In this document: in pieces, positions 12,246-26,499 of the stretch
Numbering within the stretch: the stretch's first letter is position 1
How the letters are laid out: every line of letters starts with the position of its first letter
Position numbers and translations under genes: made by a program
Notes under the pieces: generated by a model
Told to the model about the DNA's origin: nothing
The model's database searches: none
The model's input: the letters and a program-made list of their open reading frames with translations, nothing else
Source: Paragordius varius
Taxonomy: Eukaryota > Animalia > Nematomorpha
NCBI GenBank assembly: GCA_964247055.1
Contig: OZ176056.1
Coordinates: forward strand, 7,688,001 to 7,752,000
Direction: 5' to 3'
DNA: 64,000 nucleotides

Positions 12246-13234
12246 CACTGTGTGCAAAAAAATTTTTTTAATTTTTTTTAAAGATAGCTTATGACCAGCG
12301 AATTTATAACCGCAAAAAATTATATTTGTTGACGACCTTTTTTAAAAATGTTGAAATAATTGGAAAGAAGTGAAATATAAGAATAATTAGGAATAATTAA
12401 AAAAATAATGATAAAACTTGAGATATTATGGTTAATTATTAGATTAAAATTAATAAAATATGGTTATTTTAAAAAACTCAGAATTGCGTTTTTTAACATA
12501 CTTTAAGGACAAATAATTTTTTATGAAAATATAATAGCATAATAAAAAATCTTGTTTTATATTTTGTCATCTTGAATTATAACAAGTTAACTGTTTTATT
12601 TCGGTATCTATATGAGCGGGAATTATAAAGTATATAAATTTATGCAAAATAGGATATATAAAAGTAGTTAATATCAACCAACAATCCGTAAAAATCCCAA
12701 TAAAATTATTACTTTGTGTTAAAACAAACTTGTTCTGATTTTTGTATGGGTTTGTACACTACTTTTAAATACTATTTTGCATAAATTTTTCTACTTTATA
12801 ATTCTCGATCATGAAATACCAAAATAAAACAGTAAATTTACTATACGATTATGAGCCAGATGACAAAAAATCAAAAAATAAAAACCAATTTTTAGTTTTA
12901 CTTTTTGATAGTTTTTTATATTGAATATATGAATGTTTAATGGTGAAGGTAGTAAATAATTAAAAATATTTTTAAGTTTTATAGAAAAAATATGTTTTTC
13001 AATATGTTAAAAGAAAAACGCAATTTTATGATATGATTTTAGATTTATATATTGCAAATATCTGATAAAATGGTAATGAAACTTATTAAGTTTTATCATT
13101 ATTTTAATTATTAATATTCTCAATTTCGAATTTCTCTTAATAATTCAATAACCGCGTCAAAATATATATTTTTGCGGCAAATGATTTCGTTAATTATTGA
13201 TCTCAAAAAAAATTAACTTTTTTTACACACAGTG
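12246..13234. mobile_element. Family B MITE, copy 2, with nested ~310-bp foldback at 12562-12868
   Basis: TA|CACTGTGTG...CACACAGTG. Inner arms TTTTGTCATCT...TTTATGCAAAATAG and CTATTTTGCATAAA...AGATGACAAAA. Confidence 0.7.
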
Positions 13235-14293
13235 TTACAAACAAATATATATTAATAACTAAATTAAATGAATAGAAGATATCAATTAAATAAAAAATCA
13301 CTTGTGGAGGATACTTCTTCAAACTTTGAACATTGGCAAGACATATTATCAGCACAACGAGAATAATCGTTGAATATATTTTGGAAACAATGAACATTCT
13401 TTGATTAATAGGGTGAAATTAAATGAAATTAGTTTAAAGATTTAAGGTATAATATGTGAGTTAATCAAGAAATTCAGATATTTATACATTTTTAATGATG
13501 ACGTTTTCGTACAATATATTTAGATTTTATATAATAATAATAAACAGGTTTTGCAGAAATATGTTATGAATAAAAATTTCCAAGAATTTTTCAACATATA
13601 TACGCACGTATGTTCACTATTTTTCTGGTTAAGATTTCTGGATGTAAAAAGTTCCCTTCAAGCAATTACGTAAAAGGGTATACATTATGATAATTTAATA
13701 CTTATTTTTTCATTATCCAAGGGAATTACCATTTACTGAGAAATGCCTTACTTTCATTATAATAAATTGTAATATAAATTTTATTCATTGTATAGATATG
13801 GTAATAAATATCACCCCAGACTACCAGAAAGTACCAATGTGCGGCCCAGAAAATTGCCAAAAATTTTACATTCTATTAACATAAATTTTTTACCGGATTT
13901 TAAAGCATAAATATATTTTGATAAACTTTTTAATTCTACAATCCATATTAGTCTAAACCAGGGGTGTTTAACACAAATATTTTCGCACATTTGGAATATG
14001 TCATGTAGACTTTATTTAATTAAAGATTTACTTTTTTTCGTTAAATGAGTATTAATATTTGGTAAAGAATATAAAACAATAGCAATATGCACCATATCAT
14101 ATTCTTTAAAAAAGTGAAGGCGAAGGCCGTCAGAAATCTTTGGTAAACAATGAAAAAAACAATAACTAGCCCTTCACTTAAAATTATGGTATAAAAGGGT
14201 TAAGAAAATCGTAATTTTTATCTCAATTATAATTTTTTTGTTTTGATATGGGAACGATTTTAAAAGGGAATTTCACGATAGATGCTATATTAA

Positions 14294-17200
14294 TAAGGTG
14301 ACCAGACGTCCCGCTTTTTCACACTTTGTCCCGCGTCCCGCTACGTTTTTAAAATGTCCCGCTTTTTCACGATTATATAAAAAAAAATTTTTTAATACAA
14401 ATAAATATTTTTTATCCGTTTAAATTTTTTTCATTAAATATCTTTAATATTTATATAAAATTAAAATTATAATTTTTTAATTTTAAATTAATATTTATTT
14501 TTTTCGAATTTATATAATATTACTTTCCTTCCTACTACTACTACTGTCATCATTAATAAAAAGCCAATTTGACACCACAAATCTCTAGATTAAAAGACAA
14601 ATTGATACTACAAATCGGTACCTTACGCGTGTATTCCAGAAAATTAAGGTAATATAATATTTATTATACTAATAGTAGTTTATAAATATGAGCACAAAAA
14701 GAGTAAATTCAACGATTAATTAATGAAAGATTTTCCTTTTATCAAATAAACGAAGAATGAATCATCTGTTAAATGTCCTATATGCGAGGGGGAATTCACC
14801 CTAGCACATGGCGGCAAGCATGATATTACAAAGCATATGGAAACACAGAAACATAAAAAATGTTTAGATGTGGCATCATCATCTTACAAAATGAGCGATT
14901 TTTTTCGAAAAACCGCTTTTGGAGAGGAAGAAAGAATTTGGCACTAGCCGGAGGCATTTTATCTTTTCACGCCGTTAATCAATCATTCCTTTAGATCTAT
15001 AGACTGTACCTCACAGGTTATTCGCACGCTATTCCATAAAAGATTTACATGTGCTCGTACAAAGGCTGAAGCCATATTGTGCAATGTCCTTTCTCCACAC
15101 ACATTTTTTGAAATACAAAAAGATTTGCTGAAAATTAATTTCTTATCCCTATACTTTGATGCATCAAATTACCACGAAACAAAATTATTTCCCACTTTAA
15201 TAAGATATTTTGATTCAGAAACCGGAGTAAAAATTAAAATTTTAGAATTAATCTCTACCCGGTGGAAATTCCGAAATAATATTTACTACAATAATGCATA
15301 TTCTAGAAAAAAATAATTTAAAAGACAAAATTATCGCATATTGCGCTGACAACACCAATACGAACTTCGGTGGAAAAAGGAGGGGAATGATAATATTCAT
15401 AAATTAGCAGATAATCTTAATCAAAACATTATTGGCGTTGGGTATGCAGCGCATATAATACACAACGCTATTCAAACAGCTGCTGATTTGTTACCCCTAG
15501 ATGTGGAAAATGTAGTTGTTAAAATATATTATTATTTTTATGTATACACGGTACGTATTGAAACGCTTAAAGAATTCTGTGAAAATGCAAAAGTTTAATA
15601 TCAAAAAATGCTTGGATATTGTAATACTTGTTGGTTAGCTTTTATGCCACCTATCGAAAGAATTTTAGAAATGTATGATCCTTTAAAACCTTTTGTCAGA
15701 GGACAAATGTCCTACAACTTTAAAAAAGTTTTTTGAAAGTGATTCTTCAAAAATAGGTTAGGATTCTTACATAATCAAGCTTCTCTCTTTTAAAATGTTA
15801 TTAAATTTATAGAAGGTGACAATTTCGGCAATCGAAGTAGCTAAAATAATTTAATACCATTAACCATCCGCAATATAATAAATAACACTGGACAACAAAT
15901 TTTTCTGCCATTCGAGTTTTTTGAATTTTCTGATATTTAGTATCATTTTAACAGAAAATCTGAAATAAAAATTATAACTCGTTGGAAGAATTTTGTATAA
16001 TTTGATTTTTTTGATTATGCGCCCTCTTTATCAAAATTTTACTAAAAAATGTTTTTCTTTGAAAATATACAAGTAATGCCCATTTGTAATATATCATTCG
16101 AAAGAGTATTAAAAACTCTATAAAATGCATACTGATATGTATATCGACACTTAATATTGGACACAAAGAGCGACAAACGCGCGAAGCGAGAGCATTTTTT
16201 TTTAATTATTATATTTTTAAAACTAATGGATGAAAATAGCTCAAACTTTGTTTAGATGGAGATGAATGTCCAAAAAAGATAACACAAAAAAGTTTTTTTT
16301 TGATTAAAACATTTTTTATTGCTTTTTTGTCACTCAAAACAGCCATTTTTAGGTTTTTTGTTTTTTAAAAACTACCATCTCATCAATATTAATTTATTTT
16401 CTTTATAATGCTGATAATTTCGAAATTTTAAAGATAAAAACAAAGTTTAAGGTATTTTTGATCTTTTATAGCCATTATGGAATAAATTTACAGTTATAAC
16501 TATGCATTTTAGTATCCACTAGGTAAAATAGTTATGATAATAATAATTTTTATTAAAAAAGCAAGCCAAAAGCCTTTTCAAACATTTTTTTTAAATTAAA
16601 GACTAATATAACCCTAATAATTATATTAAAATAATTTATATGATTATAAAATTAGTTTGTCTGTGAAAATTCTTGACTTATTTAAGGATTGAAAATTTCG
16701 ACCATTTAAATCCAAATAACTTTTACATCCGATTGATATAAATGACTTACTACCATTTAAAAGGTGCAGTATTTTGCGCTCTTTCGAATGATATAAAATA
16801 CATGGCTTCATATCTAAAATTTTTAATTTTCGAAATTTCGAGTTTATTGTTAAATCGGGGCCAAAATTTATCGACAAACTCTAATATAAAAAAATTCTAC
16901 GATGCTAGACCAATTTTTTTTTCAGATATACTAATTATGTACTTTAATAAAATAAATTCTAAATTTACAAGAATGGCAGTTAAAAAAAGTTAAAATTTGT
17001 TGTCTAGTGTAATTTAGAAAAACAAAGCTTAATAAATCGCCAAGATATCCTCTACCATATAAAAATGTTTTATACAAACTCTAAAGATTATTTGGAAGAC
17101 TAGACGACGCAATTCAATGAAATTGATCATTTTCATTGGATAACATTAAAATCAGAAATTAATTGGTGCGATGTTCAAAAATCATTTGATTATATCTGCT

Positions 17201-18183
17201 CCCAAAAATTCTCAAAAAGTAATCTTTCAGAAAATGATCTTTTTTCAGAAGTATCATTAGTTAAAAGATATATTAATAATGAAAAACTTAAATTATGGAC
17301 AAAAGAAAAATATACAGTAGAAAAGAAATGGTGGTAATTTTTCATCGAAGCCAACTATATTACATACAATAATATTTTAAAAATTGTGGAATTCGCACTA
17401 TCTTTACCTGGAACCAACGCTGCTACTGAGCGCGTTTTTTCTACAGTAAATCAGGGTGGACATCGGAAAAATCAAATTTAAATGTTGAAACTTTAAAGGC
17501 CGTTTTATCTGTCAAATATAATTTGACAAATTCTTGTGAAGACTTCTATAAAATTTTAAAAAATGATGACAATCTGCCAACGCATTCACTCAAACAAAAA
17601 ATATACCAAAGAATAAAATATTTTCTTATATTTAAAAAGTTTTTATGTTAAAAATAAACAAAATTACTTAAAATATTGTATAAGACTTCATAATTTGTCA
17701 AATTATATTTGAACACATAAAATCGCTTTTATTCAACATTTAAATTTGATTCCGTGTCCTTACTTAATTTAGTGTGGAAAAACGCGTTCACCAGTGGTTC
17801 AGGTAAAGATAATGCAAATTCTACAATTAAAATTTATTGTATGGAGCATAATTTGTTTAAAAATGATTATTTTCATTTCTATCCTACGTATTTTTTTCTG
17901 TTGTCCATAATATAAGTTTTCATTCAATATATTTATTTAATAATGATATTTCATATAATGAGTCATTGTGCACCGTCTTGTCTTCCAAATAATCGTTTCT
18001 GTTTGTATAAAACATTTTTATATTCTGGCTATTCATTGAGCCTTGTTTTTCTGGATGCTTTATAATATTGCGATTAGGTAATGGTATAAAATTATTTTCT
18101 AACCCTTTTTGACTTGGAATTTTGACCCAATGCCCCCCTTCTCGGATTTGTCCCGCTTTTTCCTTCAAAAAATCTGGTCACTA
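14294..18183 (+). mobile_element. Decayed hAT DNA transposon (Blackjack-like) with transposase pseudogene, interrupted by a family A element at 15886-17009
   Basis: Ends TAAGGTGACCAGA and TCTGGTCACTA with subterminal GTCCCG repeats. Transposase motifs: BED-like finger KCPICEGEFTLAHGGKHDITKHMETQKH (~14770-14855), CARTKAEAILCNVL, LYFDASN, ADNTNTNFGG, AAHIIHN, and C-terminal dimerisation motif LSLPGTNAATERVFS (~17400-17440). Many stops and frameshifts; no clear 8-bp TSD. Confidence 0.9.
15886..17009. mobile_element. Family A element, copy 2, inserted in the hAT transposase
   Basis: TIRs CACTGGACAACAAAT and ATTTGTTGTCTAGTG followed by TA; hAT transposase-like sequence resumes after 17011. Confidence 0.85.
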
Positions 18184-18259
18184 TCCAATATATAACAACA
18201 TACATAGTTGATTACTAAATGTACAATCCTGTTATATAATCTATATTATCTTGCTCATC

Positions 18260-19846
18260 TTAGGTAAACATTATTCTAAACATGGTCATAAATCATTTTC
18301 GGAACTAAGAAAAGACGAGCGTGCGCAGAAGATGTGTACACAGATTTTAATCTGGCAATAAACGACAAAGCCACACAAGTTGAGGGCGCAAAAATGTAGC
18401 GTTATGCATGAAAAGAGTGCAGCACGCATTGCCTTTCTTATTTTTTCAGAAAAAAATCAACACATTCATTTCAGTCCTTTGATTCAAATTGGGGTAGTTA
18501 GTCCCCAAGCATGTTTAAAATTAAATAATTTAAAAAATATGGAATGAATTGAAACCAGGGAAAAAATTTGCACAATTATAACTAAAATATATAAAAATTT
18601 TAAAAATACTTAATACTATTTATTTTTAGCTAAAACCTCAAGGTAAAACTTAGTCAACTTGTTATGTGTGCATTAGCTAAATTCAAAATAATACAAAATA
18701 AACCTTCTATCATGTTAGATGTGATTCGAATGAAAAATTAGTTTTCCTTTTAGCTCTAAAATCAAAGAAAGATATTTTGCACGAATTTTGTAAAATAAAA
18801 ATGGCGTCAAAGTAGTTTGATGTGAATTTTTTTTTTCAAAACCAAATTTTATTTAGATATTTCGGCTTATTTATATATTAGGATAAAAACATAAATTTAA
18901 ATTGGGACCATTTCTATTGTAGTTTTTTAAAAATATAAACTTAAATATAGTCTGGAGTATTTGGATACCCCAATTTGAATCGAAGTGTTAAAACATTATG
19001 TTTGTGATATAAAGCTGTGATTTTGTGAAAAACTGCGGGCGCTCTTGTGGTCCACATAGTTACGAAGACTATCAAACGCGCCACTAGACAATGATCTAGT
19101 AAAAATTCACTAGTATTTGGCAGAAACATTACAAATAATTAGCATGGGAAACGGAAAACACCAATCTTAGTCAATGAATCTTACACAATTTGAATGGTCA
19201 AATCAAACATCGCAAAGTGATTTATGAATTCTTTGCTTTAACGAAAGAAAAATATTTTACATTGAATTGCACGGATGATGAGAAGTGGCTTAATTTTGTA
19301 AATATAAAGTAAAAAACACTGACTTTAACCTCGCCAAGCCGGTTTATTAATACTAAGGCAAATTGCTTCAGCAAAAAGGCTGTGCTTTGTGTCTGGGGGG
19401 ACCAGAGCGATATTGTATATTAAAATACTTAATCCCAGTGAAACCGTGAATTACCAACATCGCCAATAAATAATTAATTTAGGCTATCTATTAAAACAAA
19501 AATGACCGGAATGAGCTAGAAGACCTGCAAAATGATTTTGCTACATAACAATAATCCCTCTGATACAGCGAAACCAGTGAAACTTTACTATCACTTTGGA
19601 AACGTCTTCCGCACCCGCCTCTAGCGCCACCTGATCAATTTCTTCGGATCAGTGGGGTACACCCTCGCAGATCTCTACAATATTTATGAAGACGTGGGAA
19701 AATGGCTTAGCAAAAAATTCTCCACAAAAAACACTTAATTATCAGGAATAGCTTTTTGTTACGTAAGAGATGGGCAAAATGTGAGAAGACGATAAAAAAA
19801 ATTATGTTTTGTTGAAACACCGGTTAAAACCTATCACCATACCTGG
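18260..19846 (+). mobile_element. Decayed mariner (Mos1/mauritiana-like) transposon, interrupted by a TTAA MITE at 18461-18987
   Basis: Fragments QHALPFLFFQKK (~18420), CTDDEKW (~19270; cf. VTGDEKW), KAVLCVWGDQSDIVY, PSETVN, LHNNNPSDTAKPVK (cf. LHDNAPSHTAKPV), LAPPDQF (cf. LAPSDY), YEDVGKWL and RWAKC. Right end CATACCTGG resembles a mariner TIR. Ends are approximate. Confidence 0.85.
18461..18987. mobile_element. TTAA-flanked MITE, copy 3 (reverse orientation, inside mariner)
   Basis: TCAA|CAC...AAGTG|TTAA; splits the mariner N-terminal coding remnant. Confidence 0.75.
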
Positions 19847-20290
19847 CATTTTATTGTTAGGTGCAATATATTTATAATTAGTTCGCTATATGAATGCAGA
19901 TCAATATAAGCGGATGTATAAGTATAAATAACTTTATCCTTGTCAAATAAGTTATATGACTTATACACAAAAAAATAGTTGAGATCCGCACATGATCAAA
20001 TCTTAACTTTCATGTATTTTTTTAAATAAATAAATTTCTTTAAAATGGTGTAGCGTTTCCATAAATTTCTTATTAAAAATGAAACCTGAAGTTTTTTGAT
20101 TAAAAAGTGTGAAAAGATCCCTATACATATTTGGTATGATAGAGAAAAGTTTTTAATTTGTATGAATCCTTTAAAGGTTTCTTTGAATTGTTTTGGATAG
20201 GATATTCCATAGCACCCTTTATTTTACCTTGCTGTAATATACATAATATATTACTCTTAAATACTTTCATCATAAATAGATGATTATAGG

Positions 20291-21120
20291 ATGCTAAACG
20301 TCAAATTTGTTACATCAAACGATAAGATGAGGGAAAATTTGTTTTTATTCGTTGTTAGCTATATTTTAAAGCTGGAGAATATTTTCAACATGCAGTCGGA
20401 GAAAATGGGGTGGAATTCCACAGTAGTAGCTGGTAAATTATTTGCCTGGACGTATTTTCTGCAGGATAGAGTTTATGAAATATCCGGATGCTATGTTTGA
20501 CGGTAAACCGAACTGCGCTGGAGATGGTGATGGACATGGCAATGGCGTATGAAAACGCGGATAGCAAATTTTTTTAAATAAAAAGACGAGGCCACTTTAG
20601 CAGATGCTGGCGGCGAGTCAATAAGTTGATTAATAAAAATATTATTGTTGAAGCTGGCACACAAGTTTAGATGGCATATTAGTGAAGATGATATACAATT
20701 CAGGAGCAATATCGATGATTGAGAAAAGAACATGGTAAAAGATTGAAAAGCCTATATTAAAGTTTGGTCCAATAGTGGGTTTTCTATCATCAAGGTTGAG
20801 GGGAGAATGCATGGTAGGTGTCAAATGGAGTGGCGGAGCTCGAAAATGTGTGATTACAATAGAAGTTTGGGCCAAAATATTTGGGTTACCATAGATGAAG
20901 AGTTTAAAGTAGATACCCAATCCAGTTTCTATCAAAACTGTATGCTGTGTGGATTTTAATATATTTAAAGATTAGGGTGTTGGGTGTTACACGGGGCCAA
21001 ACATCAAGGAGCTCATCTGGATTCAGAGGAGAAGGAATTAAAAAGTTTGATCTGGGTATCATTGAAGTTAAAACCCTCGCAACTACGAATTGACTGAGTA
21101 ACATCACTAATGATAGCTTA
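20291..21120 (-). pseudogene. Decayed coding-like segment, probably retroelement-derived
   Basis: Higher GC than surroundings; three overlapping minus-strand ORFs (20491-21107) tile the region in successive frames; lies next to the minus-strand RT relic. No motif identified. Confidence 0.3.
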
Positions 21121-21439
21121 GAAAAATGATATTACTATTCGTACATGTGGATTTAAATGATACAGTTAACCCTGATTGGGCTGATTATATGATTTCAACG
21201 TTTGATCACTTAGTTTTTAAAATTGGACAGTAAAAATTTTTTCCGACCTTGGGTCTAAAAGAGCTCTATTGGTAAATGCACATCCAACAAGATTATTAGA
21301 ATTTAATCACGTTTAGTTAGATAAAGGTCTTTTTTAACTCTAAAAACAAAATAAATAATGCACTAACAATATTTTAACAAATTATAGATGAGTTATCAGA
21401 AAATTGTCCAGATGCGGCGGTTTAATGAGATGAATGATT

Positions 21440-22620
21440 ATTAGTAAAACTACGATAATTGAGCATAATGATTGTAAAAAGTTTTAAACAAATTGGCTAC
21501 TTTAAGTTTAAAATTTAAAAAAGATCTCGTTCTTCGGTGTCATACTTAGAGGATATAATCGGTACAATTTTTTAACGGATGACTCGTAGAGCGGATAAAA
21601 CAAATATGTTTGATGAGTTTTTGGCAGCCCTAAGAGCGGCTTCACATAATAATGATTGATCAGCTCCAATTTAAAACCATATAGAGTATCAGAAACAAAA
21701 TACAAAATTGTTTGTGCTGCTGTGTTGGGCCGATCGTATTATTCCCAGGCATTGCGCAAAGAACCGTTAATATTTTTTCATGTTCATTCTGTTGAAAATG
21801 TGATGAAAGTCAAGGCCTAGTGTTTTTTGGTCAGGTATAATTTAAAAATGTAATCTTGTAGTGTGTCAATTAAACTGAAGTAGTATTAAAAGCAATCCCA
21901 CGTAAAAATGGAATTTTAATACGGGTATATGGGAACAGATGCACCTTAATATTTCCGACCCTATACGTAAGTTTTATTGGTTGGTGACAATGGATAGTAA
22001 TTTTGGGTTAAAGCTGATTATTAAGAAATGTTTTTTTGTACATATATTGCTTTGTTTAGAAATTTGGACAGACAAAATAAATCAAGTGCTATGGGATTTA
22101 TAAATCCACCGTTTATATTTCCATAGAATTAAAAACCCGCTTTCATGAGTTAAAGAAACACCCACTTACAACAATCGATGACATCATACCCAATCAAATC
22201 TTCCCGTGCGAAGTAGACAAAAGATATTAATGGGGTGGAGAAAAGGTTTAATCATGAAAAGAATCGGGACACTATCGGCACAATAAACAATGATAATCAA
22301 ACCCTATGCAATTCGGCCCCGCGAAGGAAGGAAATGGGGATGGGAAGTTTAAACGGTAAACCAAACTGATGAGTTTAGTTGTCCAACCAGGAATTCAACT
22401 AATCTGGAAGTAATGGAGGAACAAACCAACTGATAACAAAAGATCTTTATAAACCGAAAAATCAAGGGACAAAGAATCAGAACGAACATATCCGCTTAGG
22501 GAGAGGAAATCACCTGATCGTTACGGATTAAGGAGATATGTTTTACTCATTTATACCCCTTAATTCCAATCATTTTATTTTAGAATAATAAAATTTGTTT
22601 CAAGCCAATTCTTTTGGCTA
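21440..22620 (-). mobile_element. Heavily decayed non-LTR retrotransposon reverse-transcriptase fragment (CR1/L2/Jockey-like; clade uncertain)
   Basis: Minus-strand remnants in RT order: SLDFS (cf. LDFSKAFD), LPSRG...PILFMI (cf. GVPQGS.LGPILF), FLNNQL/FNPK (cf. N.L.FNP.KT) and KPLLGLPKTH (cf. RKILGLP..TP). Boundaries approximate. Confidence 0.5.
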
Positions 22621-22699
22621 ACCATACGTATTTTGTTTTAGAAAGAGTTGATAATATAAAAAATTGATAACATCTAATTCTGAAGTTAAAGAATAATTA

Positions 22700-24080
22700 T
22701 TTATATATAAGGATTGCACTGATTCAAATGCTACGCAGTCTTTTCAAAACTTTTCCTTAAATGAAAAACCCATCTTAAAGAGGGAAGTCCTAAATTGAAT
22801 TAAATGCCTTCCTCGTAACAAAGCCCTAGGATTAGCGAAGTCTGTAAAAAATACCCAAATTTCCAAAAAACACTTACAATCGCGTCTCAAAATAATATTT
22901 ATTCTAGCATTTGGCCAAACAATTGGACTAACTTTCTACCTATTCCTATTCACAAAAAATGTAACCCTAAACTATGCAACAACTACACAACAATACGCTC
23001 ATATCACAGGCCTCAAAAACTAAAAATATGGGAGCTATAATATCTAAGCAGGTTTTAACAAAGGAAGAGGCTGCAGGGATTACATCTGCAACCTCGGAAT
23101 TAGAATCCAAATGTATTAAACACAACAAACCAATTTATGTGTATTTCATTTATTATACAATATTTGATAAGTTTATCCACCTAACACCGTGGAAAGTTAA
23201 GGCACAAAACCTGATCTCATTTAAATACTAAAATCTTTATACAATAAAGCACTCATTTAATCATGCACAACTTCTAATATGTTTTTAGAACAGGGGGGCT
23301 TCGGGTGAATTTTTCACCACTACTACCCACACCGAATGGTTCAAGTTAGATACTCATAACCATATCGGTGTAAATAATGCGGCGAAAAAATAACATTTTT
23401 AAATACAAAGCTGATACCGTTTAACTAACCGATACAAAAAAACGATCTACAACGTATTAAAATTACATCTAAAAAAGAATCCCATGGGCTCGTAATTTAT
23501 TTAAAACCAAAGTTTTATTTGATGAAGCCACATTAATCATATTAGCGGCTTAGAAACGGCAATTACATATATCTTGGAGGGGAAAGTAATTTATATTTAT
23601 ACAACCCGAATTTATACGAAAACTAATCACACAAGGCTTAAAATATTATCATATTGCAAGATATGGTCCACACAAAAAAAACCAAAAATACTAAACGTAT
23701 TTCTAATGGCAACTTATTGCCGTGAAAACTGGGTTGGAAAAAGATTTATATAAAAATCAGGCTTTTGAGCCACATAGCTAGCGCATGCTTCGTAAAAAAG
23801 ACAAAATGGTTAAATTCGACACTACACTGTTCCAGATATTAGGAGAGCCCCCAGACTAGCTACTTTGGCCATGACCTTCGCAACATCAAAGTGGAAAAAG
23901 CAATCATACTGGGCCTCGTAAAGTGTAAGTAATAAGATAGACCCAGAAAAAGATGTACACAATAATATATATATGAATACAACTTAAATCGCTATCTGAC
24001 CAATCTATCCCTAAAGAGATTAGCTAGCGTGCAAAATACACTTGACTATGAAGTCCAGCAAAAAGTTAAATAATCAACTA
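22700..24080 (+). mobile_element. Decayed RTE-clade LINE reverse-transcriptase fragment
   Basis: LPRNKALG (cf. KAPG), NPKLCNNY and TLISQASK (cf. CSNYRTIALISHASK), QAGFNKGRG, and ESKCIKHNKPIYVYFIYYTIFDKFIHLTPWK (cf. EK..E.NKPLY.CFIDY.KAFD.V.H..LW), followed by KTKV and DRPRKR-like motifs. Confidence 0.8.
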
Positions 24081-24310
24081 CCCTGACTATTATTCACGAG
24101 CAAAATTTATTTAAAGCGCATGCCACATATGTAGTTGTGAACAAAAGAATAGGTTTAATTTATTTGAATTGCAAGGTGCTTTTAACAAAAAAAAACAAAA
24201 TTTTTAATAGAGAGCATTTGTGTAAAATACATGTATTTATCACAGAGCTCAAGCTAAATTATTTAGATAATTCTAAAAATTATATAAATTGGCCATCTTT
24301 TTATTTATTA

Positions 24311-24351
24311 ATGATGATGGTGATGATGATGATGATGATGGTGATGATGAT
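24311..24351. repeat. (GAT)n microsatellite, possibly the 3' tail of a minus-strand LINE fragment (~24311-24460)
   Basis: Interrupted (GAT)n directly next to a short GC-richer segment. Confidence 0.7.
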
Positions 24352-26281
24352 CACGTTTTTGACGACTAATAACAGCTGAGAGGTCCTCAGAATTCTGTCC
24401 ACCAACTGCAAGGGCTGAAGCTTGCCCGTTGAACATGGAAGCACACAACAAAACTAGCGCCTATATAAATAGATGGGGGATTTTAAAATGTTCATCATAT
24501 CATCATTATTAGAAACATATAAATTATACGGACAATGTGTGAAAATATAAAGACAAATATTATATTCAAAAGTTCGCTGTACTTTTTAAACTTAATTATT
24601 TAAATACAACTCAATGTTTAAAATAAATTATGAGAAAAGAAATGTATATTGGTAACATGCTCAATCAATAAATTTTACAAATAGCTACTATAATTTCTAA
24701 TTAATGTGGTTGTCTTAGAAAAAATATTTGTCTTTACATTTTACATGTTGTCTGTATAAATTCAATTTTTACTGTTATAATTCATCTAAAAAAGTAAGCG
24801 TAAATAAATTTAAAGTTAAAAATATTTAATAGGGTTAATTAAAGATTTCTATGGTTTTTTTATAATATTTGGGCTAGTTTCTGAATATAATTAAGATTTT
24901 CTGAAATTATTTTTAATTATTTAAATATCTAAATCTTTTAAACTGATTATTTAATAATCAATTAGTATTAAATATACAATAACTGTTATGTGAAAACGAA
25001 AAAATATAAGGAAAAATATTTTTTTTCAAAAGACAACCATACTTTTTAAAACCATAATTTTTGATATATAAAATATTTAATTACAATCGTAAAGTACATA
25101 ATTGATTGTGCTACCATACATAAAAATCAAGATTCAAAAAATATGGTTTTGCCTTTTAGAAAAAAATATTTGTTTTCTTTATACGTTTTGTCCGTATAAT
25201 TTCCGCTTTTACTGTACTAATATAACTTACCATGAGTATTGATGCGATGAATTTCATTTTGATATAGGGTAGAGTTGAGATTATGAAATTATATAAAATT
25301 TGAAATTAATAAAATATTAATTTTTACTATCTTAAATAATCGCAATTACCTATTTTAGCTAATCACTATGAATAATCATTTATAAAATTTATTTTTAAGG
25401 TCAAACAAAATTTTTATGCTTTTTCATTAAATATACCGTTATAATGAAAAATCTTGCCTACAAAATATTGAATCATTATGTGGAAATTGAATAAAATAGG
25501 TAATTTTAAATTTTATGACAAGCCCTTTAGCGATTTAATGATTTTTCAAAATTAGATTTTCGTAAATTAATTATATTAATAGCTTTATATTTTGCATAAT
25601 GATGTATTGTGTATAGGTTGAAGATATATTTATAGTTTTATATAAGAAAAAATCCGGATATCAACTAAACTTATTTATTTTACGAACATTATTTTTTATA
25701 GGTATAGCGAAAATAAATTTTTCATGTTAAAAACAAATTATACCCGTCGGTCTAAATAAAAAAAGCAATTCTCATTCTCCACAAGCGTTCATATATACCT
25801 ATTAAATGTAGAGCAATCAATTAGGGTGTTCAATTTGACAATTACATGTTAAGACTATAATATATTTCTCGATCCCTCTAAATCTTCCTTTAAGGTTCCA
25901 ATATAAAATGAACGATTTTATTGTTTTTTACTTATGAAAAAACTATATCTTTTGACTGGATGCTTTGTCAGTAAATGAGGTCGTTAAATTGACTTAAATA
26001 TTGGAATATTTATCGAAACTACTTGTAACTTAAATGTGATTTAACAAACTAAACATTGAGACTTATCTGTTATTTTTATAATATAAACAATAGATTTTTA
26101 ATCTTACTATAACAAAATTTTATCTAGGTAATTGCTATCTATTGGAGATACTAAAAGGCAAAAAGTATATAATGCTACTGGATTTCTGCGGTAAGGACAA
26201 GACTTCATTAAAACCTAAATTATAAACTAAGGAGGTAACACTGTACATAAAAATATCCTAGTTTATTACATAAAATATATC

Positions 26282-26325
<44 letters not shown>

Positions 26326-26329
26326 TACA

Positions 26330-26478
26330 ATGGTTGCTTATCACACTTATAGTAGGGCAATTTGCACCACAGGAGTGTATGGAAAAAAATAACAAAATGT
26401 TGAATGAACAACTTTTTCCTTTTTCCATACACTACTATGTTGCAAATTTCCCAACTATAGTGTGAAATACGCAACCAT
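26330..26478. mobile_element. Family F short hairpin MITE; second copy at 59769-59907
   Basis: ~65-bp inverted arms ATGGTTGC...GGCAATTTGC...GTGTATGGAAAA and TTTTCCATACAC...GCAAATT...GCAACCAT in both copies. Confidence 0.7.
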
Positions 26479-26499
26479 AAAATTGCATACTGTATATAT

